This document shows positions 50,184-59,814 of a stretch of 64,000 nt of DNA, piece after piece (the first letter of the stretch is position 1; each line of letters opens with the position of its first letter). The notes under the pieces are model-generated. The model saw only the letters and a list, made by a program, of their open reading frames with translations, made no database searches and was not told the DNA's origin. The DNA is from Vulcanimicrobiota bacterium (GTDB lineage Bacteria > Vulcanimicrobiota > Vulcanimicrobiia > Vulcanimicrobiales > Vulcanimicrobiaceae). Location of the stretch: assembly GCA_963777315.1 (NCBI GenBank), contig CAVZQC010000002.1, positions 256,001-320,000 on the forward strand. Reading direction: 5' to 3'. The position numbers were made by a program, and so were the translations under genes.

Positions 50184-51580
50184 ATGAAACGTCCATCGAC
50201 TCCTTACGCCCTCCGGCTTTTCGCCATAGCGCTGGCGGCTGCGTTCGCCTTGACCGCAGCGCAAATTCCTACAGCCGGTCCCGTCTCGGCCGCCGGCCTG
50301 TCGGCGCTGGATGCCACCGAAATTCAATTCAGTCTACCAGAAGCTGCGGTCGGACTACTACAAAAAGACCGACCCGCAGGATATCGTCTCGGGAGCGCGC
50401 GCGGAGATGGAACGGCAGACTGCATACCGCAGGCGTGCAAGCCTCCCTGCCGCCGATTTTTGCCGGTCAGGATGCGGATCGCACCGCCAGAGCGGTCGGG
50501 CACGAAGTCGACGTCGCGGCGCGCTTGGCTCGCGGCAAGATGAGCTCGCATCTGCTCACGTACGCGGCGATCGCGGGAATGCTCAACTCGGTGCACGACA
50601 AATACACCGTGTTCCTTACGCCCAAGGAATACGCGCAGCTGAACGAAGGGCTCGACGGCGGGTCGTTCGCCGGTACCGGGATCGTCATTCAAATCGACGA
50701 CGCAACCAAATACATCGACGTGAGCAACGTCGTGCCCGACGGGCCGGCCGATAAAGCCGGAATTCAGCAGGACGATCAGATCATCGCCATCGACGGACGT
50801 TCGACCAAGAATCTCACGCTGGCGCAAGCGTCGACGCAGCTGCGCGGTAAGGCGGGAACGCAAGTGATGCTCGGCATCGTGCGCGACGGCAAACCGCTCG
50901 CCGCGCCGATCACGATCACTCGCGCGCAGATTCACGAAGTTTCGGTTTACGACAAAATGCTGCCCAATAAAATCGGCTACGTCGAACTCACCGTCTTCGG
51001 CCGCGACACCGGCGCCGAGCTGACTAGAGCGCTCGACAAGCTGCAGCAAGACGGCGCGCGCGCCATGATCGTGGATTTGCGCGACAACGGAGGCGGCTAT
51101 TTGGAAGCCGCGCTCGACGTCAGTTCGAAGTTCATCGCCAGCGGACCGATCGTCTCGGTGGAGTCGCGCGCTTCGAACGTTACGACGTATGAGGCTGAAG
51201 ACACGGCAATCCCGCCGATGCCTCTGGCGGTTCTGGTGAACGGTCATACCGCTTCGGCCTCGGAGATCACGTCCGGCGCAATTCAGGACAGCGGCGTAGG
51301 CACGATTATCGGCACGCGCACATTCGGCAAAGGCGTGGTTCAAGAAATTCTGCCCCTGCCCGACGGTTCGGCGATAAAGATCACCGATGCGCGCTATCTG
51401 ACCCCGCACAACCGCGACATCAACCATTTGGGTATCGTGCCGGACATCGTCGTTGACGAAAACAAGGGCGCGCGCCAAGGGGATCCGACGCGCGACACGC
51501 AGCTCACCCGGGCGCTGCAATTTCTCAACGACAAGATCGCGCACACGCCCGCCGGAGCGGCGTCAGGAACCCAGCAATAG
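50184..51580 (+). CDS. Second S41 carboxy-terminal protease (two indels near 50330 and 50425)
   Basis: Signal peptide in the 50184 frame, YQKLRSDYYK in the second frame, then PDZ, DLRDNGGG, TASASEI and TFGKGVVQ in the third. Confidence 0.88.
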
Positions 51581-52198
51581 CGCGCGAGCGATCTCGCCGA
51601 AGGAACCAAAGGCCGTAAACGGCACGCCGCGCGCTTTCAGAAACCGTTCGAGCGCGCGGCCCTTGCGCGCAAAGCGCCGGTCCGCAGCCACCGCGGCGGC
51701 GTAATCGGATGTGCCGTCGCCGACGTACACGATCGTTTCACCGGGTGTCCGTGCGGCCTTTACTGCGGCCGCCTTGTCGTGTCCGTAATCGGAATCGTCG
51801 CGAAACGCCATCCGCCATCCGTTCGGATCGGGCACGGCGCCGTTGGACAGCAGCGGGACGCGCTCGAGTCCGTTCCGCGCCAATGCGCGTTCGATCAGCG
51901 GACCAAGGCCGCAGCTCAGGATTGTCACGGGCACGCCCGCGCGTTCGCATTGCGCGACGAACGGCGCAAACGCCGGATCGAAATGGGCCATGCTCGCGAC
52001 CGTTTCATCGGCCTGCTCGAACGTGCACTTCAAGAGCGCAGCCTGCGCGGCGAGCGTTTGGCGCAAAGTCACCTCGCCGGTTTCCAGGCGCTCTTCCAAG
52101 TTGTCCCACGCGGGCGCTCCGGCATACACTTGAACGAGTAAGTCGAAGGTATCGCGATCGGTGATCGTGCCGTCGTAGTCGACGAACACGCGCATCAA
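51563..52198 (-). CDS. MtnX-like HAD-IB phosphatase
   Basis: VDYDGTITDRD, ILSCG, DK, YVGDGTSD, FAR. Confidence 0.85.
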   Translation of the reverse strand: MMRVFVDYDGTITDRDTFDLLVQVYAGAPAWDNLEERLETGEVTLRQTLAAQAALLKCTFEQADETVASMAHFDPAFAPFVAQCERAGVPVTILSCGLGPLIERALARNGLERVPLLSNGAVPDPNGWRMAFRDDSDYGHDKAAAVKAARTPGETIVYVGDGTSDYAAAVAADRRFARKGRALERFLKARGVPFTAFGSFGEIARALLLGS

Positions 52199-54915
52199 CT
52201 GCTTTTCTTTTTTCGCGTTCCGGTTTTCGCAGCGGCGCTTTTGCGCGCCGTCGTTTTAGGCGCGGCTTTCTTACGCGCCGCAGTGGGTTTGGGTTCGGCT
52301 GCGGCCTTCGGCGCTGCGGGTTTGCGCGTGCGCTTGGGCTGGGCTTGCGCGGCCGGCGTAGCTGCTTCGGCCCTTTTACGAGACGTGCGCCGCTTGGGTG
52401 CTGCCGCGGCGCCGTCTGCCGCAGGCGCCGGAGAAGCTGCCGGAAGCGCCTTGGTCACAGCGGACGCGAGCTCGCCCCCTTTTATCGGAGCCTCCTTGGC
52501 TGCCGAATCGCGGCGGCGCCGCGCCGGTTTGGTCGGCTTAGTGTCCTCGTCCGGCGCGCGCAGGTGCGGCGGCGGCGGCTCGACGGCCGGCGGCTGCGCT
52601 TTGCGGTTCCAGGGCGCAATGGCGCGCACCGGCTCGCGCGGCGCGGTTTCACCCGTCGGCTCGGCGCTGCCGTCCGCCCCTACGCGGAAAATGTGACGGT
52701 CCGGCACAGCCGACGGCGCGGCCGCGGCAAGTTGCTCCGCTCCGGCCCCTCCGCGACCCCGGCGGCGACGACGACGGCGACGGCGGCGATGCGCCCCCTC
52801 GCCGTCAGGTGAAGCGGCCGCGACCTGCTCTTCGGATTCCTCCGGCTCGGCTTGACCCTCTACCTCGGCCTGGGCTTGGGCGCTGTGCTGCGGAATGCCG
52901 GCCTGTGCCGCCTGCAGCATCTCCTCACCGCGCCCTCCGCGTCCTCTGCGCCGGCGGCGGCGGCGCCGATGGCGCCCTTCGTCCGCAGGCGCTTCGCTTT
53001 GGCCGATGACGATGGCTTCGGGTGCGTGTTCGCCTTTGGTCTCGGCGACGGACAATCTGTCGGCGCGCTCTTCCTCTTCGGTAAGCGTCGTAATGCCGAT
53101 GGGGGGCCGGGCTTGGGAAAATTTTGCGGCTTCCTCGGCCAGCGCGCGCAGCTGTTCGGTTTGTTCGGCGGCCGTAGGCGCTTTCTGACCACGCCGGCGG
53201 CGGCGCTTCTTTTCGGCGGGAGCGGCTGCCGTGAGCTCGGCCAGCGCGGAGTCTTCCTCCACGTCGATCAGCTTAATCCGCGCCGTTTGACCGGCCATGC
53301 CGGCTGCATTTTCAACTTCGATGATTCGCCCGCCGATGACCGTGGCGGCCGAGGTCGCGTTGGGCAAACGCCCGGCAAGCAACTCCACTTCGTGTTCGTC
53401 GCCGACTCGCAGCACGCCGTCGGCTTTGAACGCGGCCACGTTGCGAAGCCGCACTTTTTCGGGGTGCAGCATCGGATCGACGCGCACGTGAAGCGGCGCG
53501 CCGAGATCTTCGCTCAAACGCTTGCATTCCTCGTCGTACCAGAATTCGAGCTGCGCGGCGACCGTCGGGGCGGTTTCCAGCAGCAGGGCGGGATGATCGG
53601 CGGCCTGCTGCGCGTTCGCCGAGCCCTGGGAGCGTATCTTGCGCAGCGCATCGATGGCGATGGACTGCGAGGACATCACGGTGCCCAAACCCGCGCAGGT
53701 TGGACAGCTGCCGCGCAGCTGCGACCCGAGATCCTTGCCGACGCGTTTGCGAGTAAACTCCAGCAGTCCCAAATTGCTGAACGACTGAATGGTCGCGCGC
53801 GTGCGATCTTTGCGTAATCCCCCTTCGAGCGTTTGAATGACTTTGTTGCGCGACGCTTCGGTGTTCATGTCGATGAAATCGCACACGATGATTCCGCCGA
53901 TGTCCCGCAACCGCACTTGACGCGCGATTTCCGCCGCAGCTTCGATGTTGGTCTTGACGATCGTATCTTCCAGGTTCTTACCGCCGGTGAATTTGCCGGA
54001 GTTGACGTCGATGACCGTCAAGGCTTCGGTCGTTTCTATAACGATGGAGCCGCCCGAAGGAAGGTTGATCTTCGGCTTCATCAGTTTGTGGAGCTCTTCC
54101 TCGATTTTGTAATCCGCGAAGAGCGCGCGCCCGGAATTGTAGTACTCGACACGGTCCAGATACTGCGGGCCGAGCAGCTGAAGGAAGCTGCAGACTTTCT
54201 TGTACTCCTGCTCGTTGTCGATAAAGACCCTATCGACGTCTGCGGTGATGAAGTCGCGCGCCGCCTTGTACACCAAATTCATGTCTTTGTGCAGCAGCGC
54301 GGGAGCCTGCGCGCGTTTGTACGATTCGAGGATGCCATGCCACATTCGAATCAGTACGCCCAAATCGGCGATCAGTTCGGCTTCGCTCACGCCGCCGGCC
54401 GCAGTCCGTACGACCGTGGCCATGCCTTCGGGGCGGATGCGTTTCATGACGGCTTTGAGCCGGTTGCGTTCTTCGGCCGATTCGATCTTGCGCGAAACGC
54501 CGCTGTACTTGCCCGTCGGCATGAGGATGAGATAGCGGCCGGGCAGCGAGATGTTCGTGCTGATGCGCGCGCCTTTGAGCCCGCGAGGTTCTTTGACGAT
54601 CTGCACGAGCACGTCGTCGCCGCGGTTGACCTTTTCGCTGATCGTCCAGCCGCTGCGGCCTTGCGTTATTTCGACGTCGCCGATGTTGAGCGGCGTTTTG
54701 TTGATGTCGTCGACGTACAGAAACGCGTTACGGCCCAAGCCGATGTCGACGAAACTTGCGCCCATTCCGGGCAAAACGTTTTGAACTTTACCTTTGTAGA
54801 TCGAGCCGATGACTTTTTCTTCGCGCTCGACGTAGATTTCCGAGAGGACGCCCCCCTCGAGGATGGCAACCCGGTTTTCCCACGGGTCGCTCGAGATGAG
54901 AATCTCGCTTGACAA
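52195..54915 (-). CDS. rne: Ribonuclease E/G with long C-terminal region
   Basis: GSIYKGKVQNVLPGM, VQIVKEPRGLKGAR, IDVNSG, RLRDIGGIIVCDFIDM, CPTC. Start is TTG 54915 or ATG 54951. Confidence 0.93.
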   Translation of the reverse strand: MSSEILISSDPWENRVAILEGGVLSEIYVEREEKVIGSIYKGKVQNVLPGMGASFVDIGLGRNAFLYVDDINKTPLNIGDVEITQGRSGWTISEKVNRGDDVLVQIVKEPRGLKGARISTNISLPGRYLILMPTGKYSGVSRKIESAEERNRLKAVMKRIRPEGMATVVRTAAGGVSEAELIADLGVLIRMWHGILESYKRAQAPALLHKDMNLVYKAARDFITADVDRVFIDNEQEYKKVCSFLQLLGPQYLDRVEYYNSGRALFADYKIEEELHKLMKPKINLPSGGSIVIETTEALTVIDVNSGKFTGGKNLEDTIVKTNIEAAAEIARQVRLRDIGGIIVCDFIDMNTEASRNKVIQTLEGGLRKDRTRATIQSFSNLGLLEFTRKRVGKDLGSQLRGSCPTCAGLGTVMSSQSIAIDALRKIRSQGSANAQQAADHPALLLETAPTVAAQLEFWYDEECKRLSEDLGAPLHVRVDPMLHPEKVRLRNVAAFKADGVLRVGDEHEVELLAGRLPNATSAATVIGGRIIEVENAAGMAGQTARIKLIDVEEDSALAELTAAAPAEKKRRRRRGQKAPTAAEQTEQLRALAEEAAKFSQARPPIGITTLTEEEERADRLSVAETKGEHAPEAIVIGQSEAPADEGRHRRRRRRRRGRGGRGEEMLQAAQAGIPQHSAQAQAEVEGQAEPEESEEQVAAASPDGEGAHRRRRRRRRRRGRGGAGAEQLAAAAPSAVPDRHIFRVGADGSAEPTGETAPREPVRAIAPWNRKAQPPAVEPPPPHLRAPDEDTKPTKPARRRRDSAAKEAPIKGGELASAVTKALPAASPAPAADGAAAAPKRRTSRKRAEAATPAAQAQPKRTRKPAAPKAAAEPKPTAARKKAAPKTTARKSAAAKTGTRKKKSS

Positions 54916-55167
54916 CGTTGTACCTAGTCCTTTAGCGACGCTGCGGTTCATGCGGCGTCGAATTGCGCGCCCTCACTCGGACTTCGCCCGGCGGGCTGCC
55001 CGCCTGCCCAATCGTCGAACGGTATTCCACGAGACAGGGCGCGCTGATTGTAATTTTGTACGGTTCCGAGGCAGCCTCATAACCAGCAAGGCGCCTTCGG
55101 TCCGCCACAGCTTCCAGCCGCGGCGCAAGCGGACCTTCCAAGATGCCGGCGCGAGCGCCGGTAACCT

Positions 55168-55446
55168 TTAGTATGCCGGAGGCGAATACACGTTGAACGT
55201 GACGGCATCGCGCGAACCGCGATTCTCGAAACGGTGCGCCGCGCCTTTGCCCACGATGACCGAATCGCCGCTTTTCATGGTGAACGTCCGCTCACCGAGC
55301 TCGGCATGCAGCTCGCCTTCGACCAGGTACAGCACCTGCTCGCTGGCGGCATGCTCGTTCTCTTTGGGTCCGCTCCCCTCGCCCGGAGCAAGCGTCATCC
55401 ATGCGGTCTGCGATGCTCTACTGGTTTCGATGACGGAAAACTTCAT
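55168..55446 (-). CDS. Cupin domain protein
   Basis: EHAASEQVLYLVEG...GDSVIV....HRFEN, VYSPPAY. Confidence 0.85.
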   Translation of the reverse strand: MKFSVIETSRASQTAWMTLAPGEGSGPKENEHAASEQVLYLVEGELHAELGERTFTMKSGDSVIVGKGAAHRFENRGSRDAVTFNVYSPPAY

Positions 55447-55466
55447 ATATCCGTTGTTCCCCACCG

Positions 55467-56600
55467 TTACGCGTTGCCCAGCATTCCGCGGTCCTTCTGC
55501 GCGTAGATGTTGAGCAGCACGCCGACCGCGGCGAAGTTCGTTATGATGGCAGACCCGCCGTAAGACATGAACGGCAACGGAATGCCGGTGATCGGCATGA
55601 TGCCGATGGTCATTCCGACGTTGACGATGATGTGAAAGGCGAACATGCCGACGATCCCGGCGGCCAGCAGAAAGCCGAAGCGATCGCGCGCCGCGACCAT
55701 CGCTTGGATCCCGCCGTAGATTAGGCCGACGTAGCAGACGATGAGCGCCAGAGCGCCTAGAAAACCCAGCTCCTCGGCCACGACGGTGAAGATGAAATCG
55801 CGCGAATGTTCGGGCACGAAATTCAACTGCGTCTGCGTGCCGTGGTGCAGGCCGCGCCCGAACCACTGCCCGCTGCCGACGGCGATCTTCGACTGGTCCA
55901 GATTGTAGCCGGCGCCTTGCGGATCGGCTTTGGGATTGAGAAAAACTAGCAGTCGCGCTTTTTGAAACGGTTTGAGGATGAAGTTGGTCGCGACCGTGAA
56001 TGCAGCCGTTCCCGCTACGCCCGCAGCATACAACATGAAATACTGCACCTTCTCCAGCCCGAAGAAGAGCTGCGTGGTAAGAATCGCAAGCAGGACGAGC
56101 GTCGTGCCGAGATCGGGCTGCTTGACGATCAGCAGAGCCGGAACGGCAATGGCGACCAAGGGCCGTGCCAAATCTTCCACGCGGCGAAAGGGCCATTTGC
56201 ATAAGCCCCACGCGATGAAGATCGCCAGGATGAGCTTTGCGGGCTCCGAGGGCTGAAAGGTTCCCAGCGGTCCCAGCGAGATCCAGCGCTGAGCGCCCAT
56301 CGCGTTGTGGCCGCCCTTGAGCACGAACGCGAGCACGAGCAGATTCGCGCCGTACAGCCAAGGCGCCCATCGCGCGAAGCCGTGGTAGTCGATCCGCGAA
56401 AACGCGTACATGACCGCAACGCCGACGACGGCGTAGAAGATTTGCTTTTTGTATTCCGACGCGGCATCGGCGTTATGCAGGTCCGCCGACTGGATGGCGA
56501 TGATGCCGAACAGCGTGAGCACCGCCGCCGCGGCGATGAGATACCAGTTGACGTTGCGCAGATAGCGCCGCGTCTCATACGGCAGAGCTAGGGTAGCCAT
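55467..56600 (-). CDS. rodA: Rod shape-determining SEDS protein RodA
   Basis: GAQRWI, QPSEPAK, QPDLGT, GYN..QSKIAVGSG, PEHSRDFIF, MPITGIPLPFMSYGGS. Confidence 0.93.
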   Translation of the reverse strand: MATLALPYETRRYLRNVNWYLIAAAAVLTLFGIIAIQSADLHNADAASEYKKQIFYAVVGVAVMYAFSRIDYHGFARWAPWLYGANLLVLAFVLKGGHNAMGAQRWISLGPLGTFQPSEPAKLILAIFIAWGLCKWPFRRVEDLARPLVAIAVPALLIVKQPDLGTTLVLLAILTTQLFFGLEKVQYFMLYAAGVAGTAAFTVATNFILKPFQKARLLVFLNPKADPQGAGYNLDQSKIAVGSGQWFGRGLHHGTQTQLNFVPEHSRDFIFTVVAEELGFLGALALIVCYVGLIYGGIQAMVAARDRFGFLLAAGIVGMFAFHIIVNVGMTIGIMPITGIPLPFMSYGGSAIITNFAAVGVLLNIYAQKDRGMLGNA

Positions 56601-56677
56601 CTCTGTTGGAATATCGGCCGGCGGCGGGGTTGTGCCCTGTCAGGCGAGCGGGCCGGGGCGCGCCCGGGAAGCGTCGA

Positions 56678-57130
56678 TTACGTTGCCGTAACGGGGTTAC
56701 CGTTTTGCGAAGCCGCGGCCGATCTTTTGCGGCGGCGCTTGCGCGGGGCGGCGGCGGGTTGTTTGGGTTCGGCTTGGTCTTCGCTCGGCCGTTCGGAGTC
56801 TGTGGCGACCGGTGTCGAAGCGACCGGCTGGGCATGTTCGCGCGGTTCGGGCGGTGCGCCGCCGTCGGGGCCGGAGTTGCGGTTCACTCCCGTAATGGGA
56901 ATGTTCGCGAGCATTGCCAAGGCACGGTCCTGGTTTTCGAAATGTACGTCGATGCGCTCGCGGTCGACTTCGACGTACCGCGAAACCACGTCGATCAGAT
57001 CGCGCTTCATCGCCTCGATCATCTCGGGCGCGAGCGAGAGATGGTCGGACATGAGCACCAGGCGCAACCGCTCTTTGGCCGTAGCGCCCGAGCTCTGCCG
57101 CCCGAACAGGCGATTGAGAAAGTCGATCAT
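56678..57130 (-). CDS. minE: Cell division topological specificity factor MinE with C-terminal extension
   Basis: MIDFLNRLFG..S...AKERLRLVL, DLIDVVSRYVE, LANIP. Confidence 0.92.
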   Translation of the reverse strand: MIDFLNRLFGRQSSGATAKERLRLVLMSDHLSLAPEMIEAMKRDLIDVVSRYVEVDRERIDVHFENQDRALAMLANIPITGVNRNSGPDGGAPPEPREHAQPVASTPVATDSERPSEDQAEPKQPAAAPRKRRRKRSAAASQNGNPVTAT

Positions 57131-57132
57131 CG

Positions 57133-57993
57133 CTAGCGGCGACCTCCGAAGAACGAACCGATCCTGGACACGAGAGTTTCTTTGTATTCCACCGTCGGGG
57201 CCGCGACGTTTTCGCCGGCCATTCGCGCCGCGATCGCGTGGTAGGCCGCAGCGGTTTGCGAGTCGTTCCGCAACGCAAGCGGCTCGCCTTTGTTGGTGGA
57301 CACGATCACTTCGGGCTCGTCGGCGATCACTCCCAGCAGCGGCAAGCGCAGAATCGAATTGACGTCCTGCACGGAAAGCATCTTGCCCTTTTTGACCAGC
57401 TGCGCGCGCACGCGGTTGACGATGAGCTGCGGCGTAAAGGCATTGCCGAGCAATCCCACCACGCGGTCGACGTCGCGCACGGCCGAAACCTCCGGCGTGC
57501 AGACGACGATCGCTTCCTGCGCCCCCGCCACGGCATTGTGAAAGCCGTGCTCGATGCCGGCCGGACAATCGATGAGCACGTAGTCGAAACGCTCGCGCAG
57601 CGTTTGAACCAGCGCAATCATCTTCTGCGTATCGACTTCCTCTTTTTCGCGCGTTTGGGCCGCCGCAAGCAAATGCAGCGACGGCGAATGCTTGTCGCGC
57701 ACCAGCGCGTCGTCGATGGAAGCCTTGTGTTCGAGCACGTCGAGCACGTGAAACTTCACGCGGCTTTCCAAGCCCATCACGATGTCGAGGTTGCGCAAAC
57801 CGACGTCGGCATCGATCAATGCGACGGTCGCGCCGCGCCGCGCGAGCGCGGTACCGAGGTTCGCGGTCGTGGTCGTCTTGCCCACGCCGCCTTTGCCCGA
57901 CGTGATGACGATCGCGCGTCCGACTCGGCCCTTCGATGGCGCGGGGGCGCTTTGGCTGCGCGCATCGTCGAGCGGCTGTCGAAGAACCTGCAT
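57133..57993 (-). CDS. minD: Septum site-determining protein MinD (copy 2)
   Basis: TSGKGGVGKTTT, DVGLRNLD, DCPAGIE, TPEVSAVRDVDR, amphipathic C-terminus LVSRIGSFFG. Confidence 0.93.
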   Translation of the reverse strand: MQVLRQPLDDARSQSAPAPSKGRVGRAIVITSGKGGVGKTTTTANLGTALARRGATVALIDADVGLRNLDIVMGLESRVKFHVLDVLEHKASIDDALVRDKHSPSLHLLAAAQTREKEEVDTQKMIALVQTLRERFDYVLIDCPAGIEHGFHNAVAGAQEAIVVCTPEVSAVRDVDRVVGLLGNAFTPQLIVNRVRAQLVKKGKMLSVQDVNSILRLPLLGVIADEPEVIVSTNKGEPLALRNDSQTAAAYHAIAARMAGENVAAPTVEYKETLVSRIGSFFGGRR

Positions 57994-57994
57994 C

Positions 57995-58786
57995 CTAACC
58001 TGCTTTCAGCGCCCCGAAAAGGCGTCCGAAGAATCCGGGCCCCTCGAGGTTGGTAAATGCCGCCAGCTCGCCTTCCAAACGGCGAGCGATCTTGTCGTAA
58101 ATCACCGTCAACCGATTTGCCGCGCCCAGGACGATCGGCTCGCCCTTGTTGGTCGTGTCGATGATTTCTTCGTCGTCCGGCACGATGCCGAGCAGTTCGG
58201 CGGAAAGGATCTCGCACACGTCGTCGACGGAAAGCATGTCGCCGGTGCGCACCATTTCGGGGCGGATGCGGTTGACTATCAGCCGCACGGGCATCGAGCG
58301 TTCGACCAGTTTTCCGATCACGCGGTCGGCGTCGCGGATCGAGCTGACTTCGGGCGTGGTGACGACGACCGCTTCGCGCGCCCCGGCCACCGCATTGCGG
58401 AAACCGTGCTCGATGCCTGCCGGACAATCGATGAGAACGTAATCGGCCATCGCTGCAAGTTCGTCGATGACGCCGGCCATCTGTTCTTGCGTGACCGCGT
58501 TCTTGTCGCGAGTTTGGGCCGCGGGCAGCATCGACAGCGATTCGAAGCGCTTGTCTTTGATGAGCGCCTGGCGCAGTTGGCAGCGGCCTTCGATCACTTC
58601 GACGACGTCGAAGACGATGCGCTTTTCGAGGCCGAGCACTAAATCGAGGTTGCGCAGTCCGATGTCCGCATCGACGAGCACGACGCGGTGCCCGCGCTTG
58701 GCAAGCGCGGCTCCCACGTTGACGGTGGTGGTCGTCTTGCCCACGCCCCCTTTGCCGGAAGTAAAAACGATCTTGCGAGCGCTCAC
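57995..58786 (-). CDS. minD: Septum site-determining protein MinD (copy 1)
   Basis: TSGKGGVGKTTT, DIGLRNLDLVLGLE, DCPAGIE, TPEVSSIRDADR, C-terminal GFFGRLFG membrane-targeting helix. Confidence 0.95.
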   Translation of the reverse strand: MSARKIVFTSGKGGVGKTTTTVNVGAALAKRGHRVVLVDADIGLRNLDLVLGLEKRIVFDVVEVIEGRCQLRQALIKDKRFESLSMLPAAQTRDKNAVTQEQMAGVIDELAAMADYVLIDCPAGIEHGFRNAVAGAREAVVVTTPEVSSIRDADRVIGKLVERSMPVRLIVNRIRPEMVRTGDMLSVDDVCEILSAELLGIVPDDEEIIDTTNKGEPIVLGAANRLTVIYDKIARRLEGELAAFTNLEGPGFFGRLFGALKAG

Positions 58787-59625
58787 GTCGGTATGTTCTC
58801 CATTGAAAAGATCGCGATGCGGTCATCGTGAACGCACGCCATTTCCGGTTCTCTTGCGCCGAGCTTGCGATCTCCCGCGTCGGCGGCGATAAAAGTTGCG
58901 ATGCGCAGCTGCGTGGGAGAAAGGTCGATCGCGAAGACTCTGGCCAGCGCGTCGCCCTGCGCGCCCGCATGCGCGACCCCGCGGAGCGCGCCGAACACCA
59001 GGATGTCGCCGCTGGCGACGAGCTCGGCGCCCGGATTGACGTCCCCGACGACGACGATGTTGCCCAGATGCTGCAGCGCCTGGCCGCCGCGCAAGGTGGC
59101 AGTGTGGTAGAGCGTCGTGCTTTCCGTCTCACCCGTGGGCGCGAATGCGGCGTTTGAAGCGGACAGCGCGGGCTGCGCCTGAGCGAGCCTGCGCACGCTG
59201 GCCTCCCCGCGCTGGCGCCGCGAGGCGATGTCCGCCCGCGCGCCGGCAAAATCAGCTACCAGCGAGCGCGCCGCGTCCGAAAGGCGAATCTCGCGTTTGG
59301 GACGCAGCGCGCGCCGCCGGGCAAGTTCCTCGCCCCCGTCGTCAGCCACCACGAATTGCAACCCAAACGCTTGCGCCAGCCGTTCTATGTGGAGACCGCC
59401 GCAAAGCGCCACCAGTGCAATGCCGTGGTCGCGCAGGACGACGCGCAGACGCTCGAGCTGCTCTCCGGAGACGCTCGAGCCGTTCAGCGCGGCAGTGGCA
59501 TTCGTCCCGTTGTAAAAGCCGGGACGTTCGCCGAGCTTGCCCTGCAGCTCGGCAAAGGCCGCCTCGAAATCTCGTCCTCCCAACGCGATCTCCAGGCCCG
59601 TGCCCTTGCCGCGCAACACCGCCAT
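58783..59625 (-). CDS. minC: Septum site-determining protein MinC
   Basis: TLRGGQ, GNIVVVGDVNPGAE, GALRGVAHAGA, PTQLRIA. Start inferred at MAVLRGK. Confidence 0.92.
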   Translation of the reverse strand: MAVLRGKGTGLEIALGGRDFEAAFAELQGKLGERPGFYNGTNATAALNGSSVSGEQLERLRVVLRDHGIALVALCGGLHIERLAQAFGLQFVVADDGGEELARRRALRPKREIRLSDAARSLVADFAGARADIASRRQRGEASVRRLAQAQPALSASNAAFAPTGETESTTLYHTATLRGGQALQHLGNIVVVGDVNPGAELVASGDILVFGALRGVAHAGAQGDALARVFAIDLSPTQLRIATFIAADAGDRKLGAREPEMACVHDDRIAIFSMENIPT

Positions 59626-59698
59626 CACCGGTGGCGGTTCGACGAGCGCGGGGGGCGCGCACCTTTGCCCTCCACAGGCGGTGCACAAGTTCTTATGG

Positions 59699-59707
59699 TT
59701 ATCCACA
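59699..59707 (+). promoter_or_regulatory. Perfect DnaA box
   Basis: TTATCCACA in the minC/M48 divergent intergenic region. Confidence 0.55.
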
Positions 59708-59814
59708 TATCGTACACACTTTGGCGCGTGGTAACGGCGGACAGCCGGGCCGCGTTCTTGAAGTGCTCAGCGCTGTAACATCGGCCCACCGCCGTGGGTA
59801 GGGGAACGCAATCC

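Noticed and set aside
48741..51580. Tandem S41 proteases as an assembly duplication
   Set aside because: The two proteins are clearly diverged paralogs, and multiple Ctp proteases per genome are common.
59668..59718. Replication origin
   Set aside because: Only one perfect DnaA box, no extended AT-rich unwinding element, and no dnaA or dnaN nearby.
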